DNA from: Diplonema japonicum
Lineage: Eukaryota; Protista; Euglenozoa: Diplonemea
Length of the DNA: 64,000 nucleotides
Reading direction: 5' to 3'
Assembly: GCA_964019335.1 (NCBI GenBank)
Contig: OZ025657.1
Coordinates: 682,001-746,000, forward strand
Numbering within the stretch: the stretch's first letter is position 1; every line of letters begins with the position of its first letter. Below the pieces are notes generated by a model that worked only from the letters and a program-made list of their open reading frames with translations, searched no databases and was not told the DNA's origin. Shown here one piece after another: positions 45,955 through 57,147 of this stretch. A program made the translations under genes and the position numbers.

Positions 45955-47109
45955 ATGGCGACCCAGAATGAGGAAGAGAAGTACACCATGGAGGAAGTTG
46001 CCTCGCATCCCAACCTCATGGTGTGTGATGGATGGGTGCTGGATGTGAGCAGCTTCAGGAACGAGCACCCGGGAGGTGAGAGTTTCATCAGCGCGTGGGT
46101 TGGGAAAGATATCAGCGAGGTGATGCACAGCGACAGTACTCACAAGCACACGGAGTACGCATGGAGGGTGCTGGAGTCCCTCAGGGTGGGCGTCCTCATG
46201 GACGCAGTAGTGTCGAAGAGCGAGCGCAAGAAGTACGACGATATGGTGGACGTGAATGCGCCTTTCTTGTGGCAGATGGGTGAGCTTGGCGCAAACTACC
46301 AGGGGTGGATGGCCTCGCAGCCTGTTGTCAGACGCCTCACCATCTTCCCATGGAAGCCTATAGAAGACCTGTCGCGCTACCCGTGGTGGTGGATTTGGAT
46401 CTGCCTCCCCCCCATCATCGGCTACGGCGTGTACTGCGCTGTGCTGGCAGGACTCCCAGGCGTACAGCTGGCTGCCTCCTTCGTCGCAGGTCTCTTCTGT
46501 TGGATCTCTCTCGAGTATTGTCTGCACAGATACATCTTCCACATTGAGGTATGTAGTAGGGTAGGAAGGGTACACCACACAGGCGGGCACCTACGCGTCG
46601 AACATATTCCACTTCTTTGCACACGGTCTGCACCACTTGACGCCGCATGACACCTCGCGGCTGACCTTCCCCCCTCCTTTTGTCTTCTTGCTGGCGACGA
46701 TGTTCTGGAGCTTTTTTAAGTTGGTGTGCCTTGGCCATCCGTGCTTCAGCATGGTGTTCTCTGGCTTGGCAAGCGGCTACGTTGCCTACGACACGACGCA
46801 CTTCCTGTACCACCACACCGACTGCGCCACGTATGCACTTTTGGGTCATGGGTATAAATAATATTACAGGTACGGGCCTATAAAGTTCCCTGGCTTCTTC
46901 AGCTCATACCTAAGATTCATGAAGTCCTGCCACAATGTGCACCACTTCTTGGATGACGATTGCAACTTCGGTGTTAGTTCGCCGCTGCTTGACTTTGCGT
47001 TGGGCACCTACGTGTCGAAGAAAGATGTATGCACCTTGTCATCATATGCACCGTAACACAGGCCGAGATACGTAGAGCTACTAAGGCAGCTGCAAAGAAG
47101 GTCGATTAA
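45955..47109 (+). CDS. Fatty acid 2-hydroxylase (cytochrome b5 + FA hydroxylase; FA2H/SCS7-like)
   Basis: HPGG b5 motif. Introns 46549..46582, 46831..46869 and 47027..47061 restore His boxes HRYIFH, HGLHH, HFLYHH, HNVHH and NFGVSSPLLD; ends in KKVD (KKxx). Confidence 0.9.
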
Positions 47110-47509
47110 ACGAATTTTTTCTTTTCTTTTTTTTGGGGGGGGGGGGAGGGGAAAGAACGGCGTGATTTTTTTTGAGACAAGAAGGCGTTAAAAAAAATAA
47201 TAAAAAAATAAAAAAAGACGGGGAATAAAAGGTTCCTGACAATGGACACGGTATGTGAAACTGCTACTGTGGATAGAAGAAGAAAACAAAAAGAAGAAGA
47301 AGAGAAGGAAAAAAAAAAGAAAATATAGTTAGGGGAAAGACCCTTCTCTAGCTTGGGGCATGGAAGACGAGGGGTGTCTCGAGGGGTGTCTGGTTGCCAC
47401 CCTCCCCTATTTCTCCTTTTTCCCAATAGGCCTATTATTCCCCTTTCTTTCCCAAGTAACAGATATGCACCGCCTCACTACCAGGTCAGCAAGATGCCTG
47501 GCGGCTAGT

Positions 47510-47567
<58 letters not shown>

Positions 47568-47998
47568 CAGATTTCAGCTATTTGGAAATGTTTGTATTTC
47601 CCGTACGTGGGGGGGGGGGGGGGGGGGTCGACGATCAGGTAAAAGAAAAAACAGGGGGGGGGTGTACTAACCCGATACCCTTTCTTCTTTTCCCTTTGTC
47701 GTGTGGCGGGGGGGGAAGAAAATATAATAAAGCAGATGGTTCTTTGCTAATCATCCCCCCCCCCAACCCTTTCTTGGCAAGCACATTATACCGCGAACAT
47801 AAGGGGGGGGGGGGGGAGAAACACATCGCTGTCCTTTCTATGTTAATCTTGCGTGTTAGAGATCTTATCAAGAAAAGGGAGCAGTGGTGGATTAATTTGA
47901 GTGGATCTTGAAGAAACTGAAATAAGAACATTTGCCTTGCATGACAAGTAAATGAAAAACTTTTTTTTTAAACTTGCCATAAAATAGTTGTGTGTGTG

Positions 47999-48030
<32 letters not shown>

Positions 48031-48043
48031 CTAAGGACAGCGC

Positions 48044-48079
48044 GGCCGGTGAGCGCAAAAACGCATACCTTAAAAGAAT

Positions 48080-48081
<2 letters not shown>
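48044..48081. repeat. Short dispersed intergenic motif, also at 19569..19590 and 34225..34254
   Basis: GGCCGGTGAGC(G/A)CA is shared with 34225; ACGCATACCTT(T)AAAAGAATAG is shared with 19569; all three copies abut a T-rich tract. Confidence 0.6.
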
Positions 48082-48116
<35 letters not shown>

Positions 48117-49539
48117 GCATGAACAAGAAAAACAATATATTGATAATGAATTGCTAGTGCTAAAAAGAGTAGTGGTAGCATGTTGGGCTTATCCTTCTAC
48201 AGGTTAACCCCGGCTGTGCACAAACAACAATCAACCGACTCTCTTTTGCCGTTTTGGGAACGTAGCTTCTTAGAGGGATATTGTTTATAGACCTAGGGCC
48301 CTCTTCTTGTCTGTCCTTTTTTTTTCCTTTTTTTTTTCTTTTTTGCCCCCTTTTTCTTTTCTTCTAATTCCTAAAAGGGAATAAAAAAATAAAAGTGCGT
48401 GCGGTGGAGAGGAAAACCACATGTTTAACGAGCCGCAAAAACAGCTTCTTCTTCCCCCCCCCTCCCCCTTTTTTTCCCCCCTACAGGCGCCCTTCACTAT
48501 CAAAAAAAAAGCTCCTTCCTTTCCCCTTTCCCCCCTTTGCCTTCTTTTTTCTTGTTCTCCTTTTTCCGTCTTTTTATAAAAGAAATACTGTAACAGAAGG
48601 GCCTTTTTTGTCAATTCAATCAGAGGTTGCACTTTATTTTTTCTTTTCTTTTCTTTCTTTCTATTAAGGCTATTACAGTTCTGCTTAGCTCATGTATTTG
48701 TTTGCACTTTTATTTCTAAAAAAAAAAAAATATTTAAAAAAAAAATATTTAGGGAGAGAGAAACAAATTGATAACTATCCGTGGGTTTTAAGAGTTCCAA
48801 AGGTTAATTCCTCGAGATAACGAGTGCGGGTCACTTCTCAGAGTTCTAGTAGTCCATCATGAGCACTTCTATTTGCCCTTCCCAGAAGGCCATCAAAGTT
48901 ATCCGTTCGAATTTTCAGAAAACACGTCATGTTTCTCAGTTTTTGGGTAGGTGTTATGTGAATCCCTATTGTTTTGTTGAAATGCTCCCTACTTAGTCCC
49001 TTCCCCCCCCCCCCCCCCCCCCATCAGTAGGGCAACGCAAAGTGCAAAGTTTCTGAAGTAAAACGAGCCTAAAAAGGAGAGGGGGGGTCCAGTTTTTTTT
49101 TTTGTGGGAGTCAGCATTTCTTGAATAAAGGTGGGTCCACATTAACCTCTTTTTTTTTTGCCCCCCTTTTCTTTTTTTTTTTTTTTTCCATTTCTTCTTC
49201 CGTGACTTGGTATTTTTGAGTTTAACTGCGCGCTAGGGGGGAAAAAAATGCCCCCACCCCCCCCCCCCCCCCCCCAAGGCGCGTCGATCTTTTTCCAAAA
49301 AAAAAAATAATAAAAATTATAATATTAACAGGTAGTTCTTCTTCTTTTTTTTTTGTCCCTCTTTCCCTTTTTTTCTTTTCTTCTTTTACAGTGACAATGT
49401 GCTTTACCCCACGCCTCACGCCTCCACACCGTTCATCCCCAACCTTCTTTTTGCTTGTTGTGTTCTTTGTGTTATGCCCACCGCCCCTAATGTCCTTCTT
49501 TATGTGCCTATAGGAAGTGCTCAGTGCACACGAAATGAG

Positions 49540-50868
49540 ATGCTGCGATGTGCGCTCCTCACGTGTCTAGCTGCCGTGTGTGCTGCTCACACGTACAACG
49601 AGTGCGTCGAGGAATGTGCTGCAGACGACTTGAGCCACGGGTTGTGGGCCCTCAATGACACAGAGCGTGTGGTGGGCATTGTGGTAACCGCCTACGCAGG
49701 GGGCGTCCTAAGCAGCCTGACAGGAATGGTGGGTCTTCAGTGCTTGCTGGGTGACGACCCCATCCGTGTGGAGCTCGAGAAGCACGAACGTTGGTTCCTT
49801 TCCGGTGCCTTGCTCTTCTACATCATCCTGAACTCGGAGCGCCTCTCCAAGTACCTCGCCATCAAGCGTGTGGTGTCCTCGCTGTTCATCTGGTACGCAC
49901 AGATCTTCTACCACAACACAGTGCTGCAGATCGCAACCCTTTCCGACATCTACTACAACCTGCTGAACCTGTGCATCATGGCGGTCTTCATTGCAGTCAA
50001 CGTGCACACCCTGCACCTTGCGCTCCCCCGCCTGGCTGACACCTCGACAGGCAACCTCGACGAGCCCTTCGGCGACGACTGGCTGGGCACTGTGCAGAAG
50101 CTCATCGCAGGCAGCGTAGAGTGGATCCGCACAGTCAAGAGCGACGACAGCTCACGTTTCCTTCTGAAATACTACTACATATTGGAGCCCTGCAGGGACA
50201 GCAGGGGGTTGAAGGTGTTTATTTTTGGCACGGGAGCCGCTCTGACGGTCATCTCGCTGCCCCACGAGCACCACGTCCCGAAGGGGGTGGCGCTGCTGGC
50301 CATCGCTATGCTGTTCGCAGCGGCAGGTCCGTTCCTGCTGCACCGCGATACTGTCTTCACCTCCCTTGCCTACTGCTGCATGGGGGTCAGGTACCTGACG
50401 CAGGAGGACAGCTTCGTGTGGATAGTGCTGCTAGTGCTGACAGGGTTGAAGTTCATGTGCGACCTCGATATGACCTTCGTGAAGGTGACCTCTGGGCGGC
50501 GGCGGACCATTCAATACCTGTACTGGGCGCAGAGCGCAGTGGAGGCAGTGAGGAGCCAGCACACACGGCACTCAGTGGTCTCCATCGACACGACCCCCGA
50601 GTACAGCACCCTCCCACTCTATGCGCTGTCCATGAGCGATGGGAGCTTTGCAGCAGCATTGCTGCCCAGCCCGCCCAAGAGGCGTCCGCGTCCTACACTA
50701 CTCGGCAAGACCCGCGACCTCCCTGCTGTGGTTGCTGTGCTTGCAGCAGCCGTTGCGGCGGGCACCTCGCGAGAGAAGAAACTCGTGTCTTTAATGGGTG
50801 CCCTCCTCACCCCCCCGCAGCCTCGTGTCCTTGAGCCCACTCACCTGCAAAACCTCGAGCTCATTTAA
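49540..50868 (+). CDS. Uncharacterised multi-pass membrane protein with signal peptide
   Basis: Long ORF with the same codon style as its neighbours, a signal peptide MLRCALLTCLAAVCAA and several hydrophobic helices. No family recognised. Confidence 0.6.
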   Translation: MLRCALLTCLAAVCAAHTYNECVEECAADDLSHGLWALNDTERVVGIVVTAYAGGVLSSLTGMVGLQCLLGDDPIRVELEKHERWFLSGALLFYIILNSERLSKYLAIKRVVSSLFIWYAQIFYHNTVLQIATLSDIYYNLLNLCIMAVFIAVNVHTLHLALPRLADTSTGNLDEPFGDDWLGTVQKLIAGSVEWIRTVKSDDSSRFLLKYYYILEPCRDSRGLKVFIFGTGAALTVISLPHEHHVPKGVALLAIAMLFAAAGPFLLHRDTVFTSLAYCCMGVRYLTQEDSFVWIVLLVLTGLKFMCDLDMTFVKVTSGRRRTIQYLYWAQSAVEAVRSQHTRHSVVSIDTTPEYSTLPLYALSMSDGSFAAALLPSPPKRRPRPTLLGKTRDLPAVVAVLAAAVAAGTSREKKLVSLMGALLTPPQPRVLEPTHLQNLELI

Positions 50869-51197
50869 TTTCATGATGAGAACAGCACGCCTGTCGTAGA
50901 AGCAGCTTAAGAGGGGGACCCCGTGCCCCTTTATTCTCTGCTGTTTTCTTCTTTTTGTTTCCCCTGTGATATATTTTTAAAAGAAAGAAAGAAGAAGAAA
51001 AAAAGTGAAGTGTGAAAACTTGTAGTCTTTTTATTAACAACAAAAGGGGGGGGGGGGGGGAGGGACACGGAAATAACCTTAAAAAAAGAGGGAGGGTCCA
51101 TTTGTTTATTGGCCCCATAAGGATGCACGCTACCTTTTGCCGTGCTCTTTTTTTTCTTTCTCATTTGTTTCCCCCCCCCTTTTTTTTTAATAGCACA

Positions 51198-51436
51198 CCG
51201 TATTTAGACTTATGAAACGGAAAAAAAAAAAAAAAATTGCAGCGGGGAAATGGCTCGAAACTGATAAAATTACAAGGAAAACCGATTTGGAACCTTTTTC
51301 CTTAATTTTATTTGACTCTTTTGACACGGGCTACGGGGCCCAAGAAAAGAAAAAATTTTTTTTTGAAGTGCGAAAGATCTTTTTTTTTTCGAATTTGGAG
51401 CTTTTTTTCCCCGTTTCATATTAACTCTGAATACGG
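51198..51436. mobile_element. MITE-like element, family B (Tc1/mariner-pogo-like termini)
   Basis: Left end CCGTATTTAGACT---TATGAAACGG; right end reverse-complemented CCGTATTCAGAGTTAATATGAAACGG. Flanks are CA (left) and TA (right), compatible with a mutated TA target-site duplication. Confidence 0.65.
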
Positions 51437-52424
51437 TAATAGAAAATTTTACTTAAACCAGTATAGGGGATGTTGTCGCTAAACATCTTCCTTTTTTTTC
51501 CCTTCTTCTTGCTTTCTTTCCTTTTACCCGTATGTGCCTCAAGTCGCCTGTTGTTTTTTTTAGTTCACAGCAACGTGGCACAGTTTTATCTCTCCTGCTA
51601 ACGTGAGAGCCTATTCGCTTAGTGTTCTTATGTTATTCCTCAACCTTTCTCCCTTATGCCCTATTCTCTTTCTTTTTTTTCCTCTCCCTCATTTTTTTTT
51701 CCCCTTCCCTCTTCTGTCTATCTATCTACTGTTGGCGACATGACATTGTGTAATGCTTTGTGTTCTTTTTTTTTTTTTTTTTTTTTTTTCCCAAAAAAAA
51801 AAAAAATTGGAAAAAAAAAAAAAGAAAAAAAAATGCAACGGTGTACTGATTTTAAATAAAAAAGGGGAAAGAAGGGGGGAAAAAAAAAAGTTATAAACAA
51901 ATCTTTTTTTTTTGTGATCAACATAAACAGTTCTTTCATGTCTTCTGAGCCTTCCCCTTCCCACGTTCCCTAGCCAAGGGCGTTGTCCTCCTTCGTGCAG
52001 CCCTTTGTGTATATTTGTGGCACTTTTGTTTGATACAGAAGCCACCCAATTTCACGCGTCTCTGATAGGGACGGCATCATCGCTTGGAAAGAAACAGAAA
52101 CCAAAGGCAACCAATAAAAGAGGAATAACAAGAAGGGGGAAACCCCCTTCACATGCAGTTGAAGAATGAAAAGAGAAATAAAAAATAATACAACGACAAG
52201 AAGGAATGAATAAGAAGGTAGGTGAAGTAAGGGGACGAAAAAAAAAAAAAAAAAATAGAGAGCGGGAAAAACTGCTTTCTACTATGATTATAGAAACGGG
52301 GGGTTCAAACAACTATTATTCGGAAGGTACTTCGCTGTACTTCAGCATGGCTGATAACCCCCTCGTTATCTTCTTTCTCTTGTTTTATGATTCTTTCTGT
52401 CATTCTTTCAGCGAAACAGGTCAC

Positions 52425-54428
52425 ATGCCGTATGACACAGATGATGATGATGATAAGGACTGTTTAGCAGATCTGGAGGAACACGTGGTGAAGATACAAG
52501 CTGTGCTGAGGGGGCATCGATGCCGCATCGAAGTAGAAGCAAAGCGGGCAGAAGAGGAATTCAGAGAGAAAGAAATGCTGGAAAGTGAACGGAAGCGTAT
52601 TGTGACCGAACGCTACGGGGCCGCCGTAGGTGCTGGCGACAGCTCCAGCCTGCTGCTCATGCTGACGGAGGACTGCACCTTCAACAGCTACGAGCGGGAA
52701 ACTAAAGGAAGAGACCGCGCCATCGAAGCCTGCGAAAACTGGTGCAAGATCTTGGGCAAGAGCGCCGTAACGAAAACCTTCCAAATCGACCCCTCGGGGC
52801 TTGCGCACACGGTGTGCTACGTGGCAGCAGGGTGCGAGATCTATGACGAGATCAGCATCACGACGGATTGCTTTGTCAGCAGTGTGAACCGTGTGGTGTC
52901 CAACAGCCGCGACATTCTCAACGAGCAGCTTGAGAAGGGCATGCAAGAGGCAGCGACACGTTCTGCAACCATTGCATCTGTTGTCCGGACATGCTTGTAC
53001 GCCAACAGGGACCGTGGCAGGGACCATGCGAAGAAAAAAGCCAAAACGCGTCGTGCTGAAGAAGGCCACGCCCCCCGTGTGTCATGTGCTGATTGCGAAG
53101 CCCTCAAAGATGCCATGCGGGAGCAGACACTTCTAGGTCAGGAGACAATTAGAAACTTGCATCAGCAGCTTGCCCACGTGAAAGCACGGGAGGCTACACT
53201 AGTCGGAAAGCTTCGCGCCACCATTGAAGAGCTTAGGGAGGAGCTGCAAGAAGCATACAAACTTGCGGCATCTTCAGGGACTGCTGCGGACAACACTGCG
53301 CAAGCCCTTGCCTTGCAGCACCAAGAGAAACTAGACATACACCGCAAGCGGCAGCAGCTCAAGACAGAGGTACAGGGGAAGTACACGAAGAAGACAACGA
53401 CAACCCGAACCTGCACTTCGTCCACCCAGACAGCCCCGAGCCCCTGCACGCAGGCAGCCCCGAGCCCCTTGCGGCGATCTAGCACAACGCGACGTGTCCC
53501 GCACATCGACGCCGACTCCAAAGGCCAGGGAGCGGTGAAAGTTAACAATGTGCTGGAAGAAGGAAAACCTATGAAAATGACCACTGCCTCTGAGCCAGCA
53601 GTTTCACGTACTGTCCGCAGCACTGGTCCCAAGCTCTCAGTAGTCAGTGCCGCGTGCATGCCGTTCATACAAGGTCCAACCTCAGTACAAGGTCCAACCT
53701 CAGTACAGGGTCCAACCCCAGAGACTCTGGATGCAAAGCAGGTACCGTTGGCCTTGCCACCCCAGGACACCCTGCCATCGATAGGTACAACCGCACGTGC
53801 AGTGCAAGAGCACGTGCTCCCTACCCCTTGGCCATGTCGGGCATCTACCTCTGTTGCCCTTCCACCCCCTGTAGCCTCAGAACGCTTGAACGACAACAGC
53901 AAGCCACAGACAACCATTGAGCAGCAGGTCGAGAGCCCTCCTGCCGTTGTGCACACGCTGCCATCGAAGCCTCCTGATCCTATGCCTACTTCCACTGCAT
54001 GTGTTTCCCCTGTCTTGACACCACTCACACTAGATGCATCGCCAAATTCACAGACACCTACCTTGTTTCCTTTGCTATCACACACTTCTGAAAAAGCCCC
54101 TGCCAAGAGCAAAATGCTAAAACCACCATCTTTCAAGTTTAAGTCTTACAAGCCCTGTCTGACAGACAAGGTCAACCGTGTGCCGAAGTGTGACAAGATG
54201 GCGACACGCGCGAGGTCCTTTTGGGAAGTCCACCGATTGTGGGCTCGCATGGACCCTCAGAACGTGGGACATGTTCCCTTCGTGACTGTCTACAACCAAT
54301 GCTTTCCAGCAGCGGCAGGCAGCGCACGGGGCACATCGTCTTATTTAAAGTGCTTCCGAGACCCTGAGATGGTCACGTTCCCGGAGTTCACTAGCTTTTA
54401 CTTGATGTTCGTCGACACACGGTTTTAA
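52425..54428 (+). CDS. IQ-motif protein with SnoaL/NTF2-like segment, coiled coil and Pro/Thr-rich region
   Basis: KIQAVLRGHRCR (IQ); GDSSSLLLMLTEDCTF...KGRDRAI (SnoaL-like); C-terminal EF-hand-like DPQNVGHV...VTFPEF. Confidence 0.65.
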   Translation: MPYDTDDDDDKDCLADLEEHVVKIQAVLRGHRCRIEVEAKRAEEEFREKEMLESERKRIVTERYGAAVGAGDSSSLLLMLTEDCTFNSYERETKGRDRAIEACENWCKILGKSAVTKTFQIDPSGLAHTVCYVAAGCEIYDEISITTDCFVSSVNRVVSNSRDILNEQLEKGMQEAATRSATIASVVRTCLYANRDRGRDHAKKKAKTRRAEEGHAPRVSCADCEALKDAMREQTLLGQETIRNLHQQLAHVKAREATLVGKLRATIEELREELQEAYKLAASSGTAADNTAQALALQHQEKLDIHRKRQQLKTEVQGKYTKKTTTTRTCTSSTQTAPSPCTQAAPSPLRRSSTTRRVPHIDADSKGQGAVKVNNVLEEGKPMKMTTASEPAVSRTVRSTGPKLSVVSAACMPFIQGPTSVQGPTSVQGPTPETLDAKQVPLALPPQDTLPSIGTTARAVQEHVLPTPWPCRASTSVALPPPVASERLNDNSKPQTTIEQQVESPPAVVHTLPSKPPDPMPTSTACVSPVLTPLTLDASPNSQTPTLFPLLSHTSEKAPAKSKMLKPPSFKFKSYKPCLTDKVNRVPKCDKMATRARSFWEVHRLWARMDPQNVGHVPFVTVYNQCFPAAAGSARGTSSYLKCFRDPEMVTFPEFTSFYLMFVDTRF

Positions 54429-55192
54429 TTGCATGGAAGGAATTGTCGTTCAAGGCTTACTCCACACAGGGGACACTCCACACAGGGGACCGACCACTAC
54501 ATGACAGCTGACCAACCTTCCGACTCGGCCTGCACGGTGGGGTGGCGTAGTTTTTTATCAGCGACAAAGTTACAGGAGATCTTAAAGCGCGCTAGCGTGG
54601 GCCTGCCTCACACTTGGGGATCGTGTTCAACCGCTCTTGCGATGGCGAGCGAACATCATGACCTTGCCTACAAGAACAAGAAGCGCACTATCTTCAGTGG
54701 CTCGTTGGCTCTCTTGGTTTGCCTCATCGGCCGCATGGGTTTAAAAGACGCTGTCCTTGAGAAGAAGCCTATCTTGAAAGTCTGAACAAACGCTTTGATG
54801 AATCTCTGATTTTATCATTTGTAGCAAACCCCCGTGTGAGTATACTATAAAAAAAAGGGTTCAAAGGAACAGTACTGACTTCAGGCCAAGCCGAAGTACA
54901 AATATTTCATCCCGTCTTCTAAGGTTAACCGAACTTCCAACTAGCTTCTTCCATCCACCTGCACAATTCATATCTAATGAATCTCTTCCTCTCTTTTGTA
55001 AAGTATGAATATTGCACTCGGGGCGCCGTGCATACATCTTTCAACGCCTCTCTCTGGGAGCGCACCGACAAGCTTGCTCTGCCCTGCTAGGTGCGCGTGG
55101 TGTTTTCTTTTTGCATCCTTATGTGCATGCTCTTGACTGTATTTCTTTGTTCAAAACTGCCAACTCTTTGTAAAGGGAGGATGTAAGATGCC

Positions 55193-56878
55193 ATGTCGGG
55201 GGTGTCCATCAATGTCCAGGACCATTGCGATGAGGTAGCGAGCCTCAGTAGTGAAGAAAGCAGCGGGACTGGTAGGGGGGGCGGAGTAGATGTGGGGAGG
55301 ACGGCATGGTCGCCGCAGGAGCAGGCAGGATGCAAGGGCGATGTAAGCATAGGACGGCGTGTGCCGAGGGTCAGGGGTTACAGGAGTAGATCGGTCCCCG
55401 AGCGGGGACGCAAAGGGATTCCTCGCGATGCTGATGAAATGGTAACACTTCAGTCTTCTGACAACATGGCTTCCCTGGACCTAGTGCGCCCTCATGCGGG
55501 ATGCAACCTGAAGCCCTGCATCCCCGTACAACGTACGACTGCGTACACAAAGAAGCGCCGATACGGCAACGACGCCCATCTCCCCTCTGACAACTCATGG
55601 CTGCTGAATGTCGCGGAAATCACACCTTCGCCCCAAGCTGCCATAGTCAGGATTACCTTTCGAGGCGTGATGCGAGAGCCCAGCCCGACAAATACTGAAG
55701 TGGAACCCTTGCTGTTGTCCTGGTTCTGCGTGGTGCTGGGCGTGGTTTCGTGTGCGCTGATGTCTTCTGATGTTAAGAGCATGTCACAGGACGACTGTCT
55801 GGTCATGGCGTGGATTTATATGGGTGCTGTCTTTTTCACAATCATTGTCTTCTCTTGTGCTGCGTGCTGTAAGTCAGGAAGCTTTATGAGCCGCGAGGTG
55901 TCACAAGACAAGCTGGCCCCCAAGACTAGCAGCACGCTGCTCGCCCTCGCAACCCTGCTGACAGGTGTCTCGTCATCGCTGTGGTTTGTCGCGGTGCGAT
56001 ATGTTCCAAGGGACTCGGGCACCTTCTTCTTCACATTCCAAGCAGCAGTCGTGCTCGTGATGAAGGAAGTTGTAGGCGACGGGTCCACGACAGGCGAGAA
56101 GATAGGTGTGACAACCACATTGCTGGGTGCAGCGTGCTTCGGGCTGACTGACTATATCGGTGAGGACAAAAAGAGTGTTACTGCAAGTGAGCTTGGCAAG
56201 GGCATCCCGCTGGCACTTGCTTCAGGAGTTATCTTCGCCATTTCCATGATAATGGCAAAATTCATCAGATCTCACCGGGGGATGGTGCACACGTTGCCAC
56301 CGCTCATCATCATGTACGTGTGCATGATGTGCTTCTGCACAGTGATCACTGCTACAGTGTTTCCTGGAGGGGGCGCCATGAGCTTCTCTACTAATGCAGA
56401 TACCGGTCTACTAGGGTGGACCCATATCGTACCCAAATGGATGCTGCTCACCGCTTATGCCACCACCACGGTGACGTGTCTCTTGTACAGCTTGCAAGTA
56501 CTGCCCACTATTGTTGTGAGTGCTATTGCCACATTAGTACCACCGCTAATCTTTATTTCGGACTTGGTTAACCAAACAGCCGACTCCTCTGTTCCGCTTC
56601 CCACGCAATCGGTGGGTGCACTGTGCGTGATAGCAGGGTGTGTGTGCGTGTGTAGGTCGGCCACCAGAACACTAAATGGCTATATAGACACATCACACGC
56701 CGAGCCCTCATCACAAGACAGACGCGGTGCTCGGTCGTACAAGGGCGACACCTACCTGGTATGCACTACAGTAAAGAAACGCTGAATTTACACACAGCCC
56801 CTTCCGCGTACTTTGGTGCCACCATTGATCAATGAGGCAGAGCCAACCCCACGGCACTCGAGCGCTAGTGACTGCTAA
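55193..56878 (+). CDS. DMT/EamA-superfamily membrane transporter (divergent)
   Basis: About 10 TMs with EamA-like GIPLALASG and EKIG. Intron 56759..56797 extends the ORF to TAA at 56876-56878. Confidence 0.65.
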
Positions 56879-57147
56879 TAGTGCCAAATTCGCGTTTCTG
56901 TTTTCTTTTCAATGTCTGTTATGTTATTTCGGAACCTCTTTGTTCCTCTCACACGGACTGGCAGTTTGACGGGCCTTTCGACTTGCAAGTGCTGCTGAAA
57001 ACAATGCCACACAAGAGCATCCTCCTATCGGGTAAGGAACACTGTGTGAAGGAACACTGTATGAAAGAGCACAACGGTATATATCTGTGCAGTTTTTCTA
57101 TTTTACGTGTTGCCTTCCTACTTACACAAAGGTGGGGAGTACACAAG

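Noticed and set aside
50121-50834. Overlapping + strand 237-aa ORF in an alternative frame
   Set aside because: Arg/Pro/Ala-rich off-frame read of the membrane protein gene; no intron links it.
50872-50930. TGATGA possible snoRNA C box
   Set aside because: No CTGA D box at a suitable distance and no terminal stem seen.
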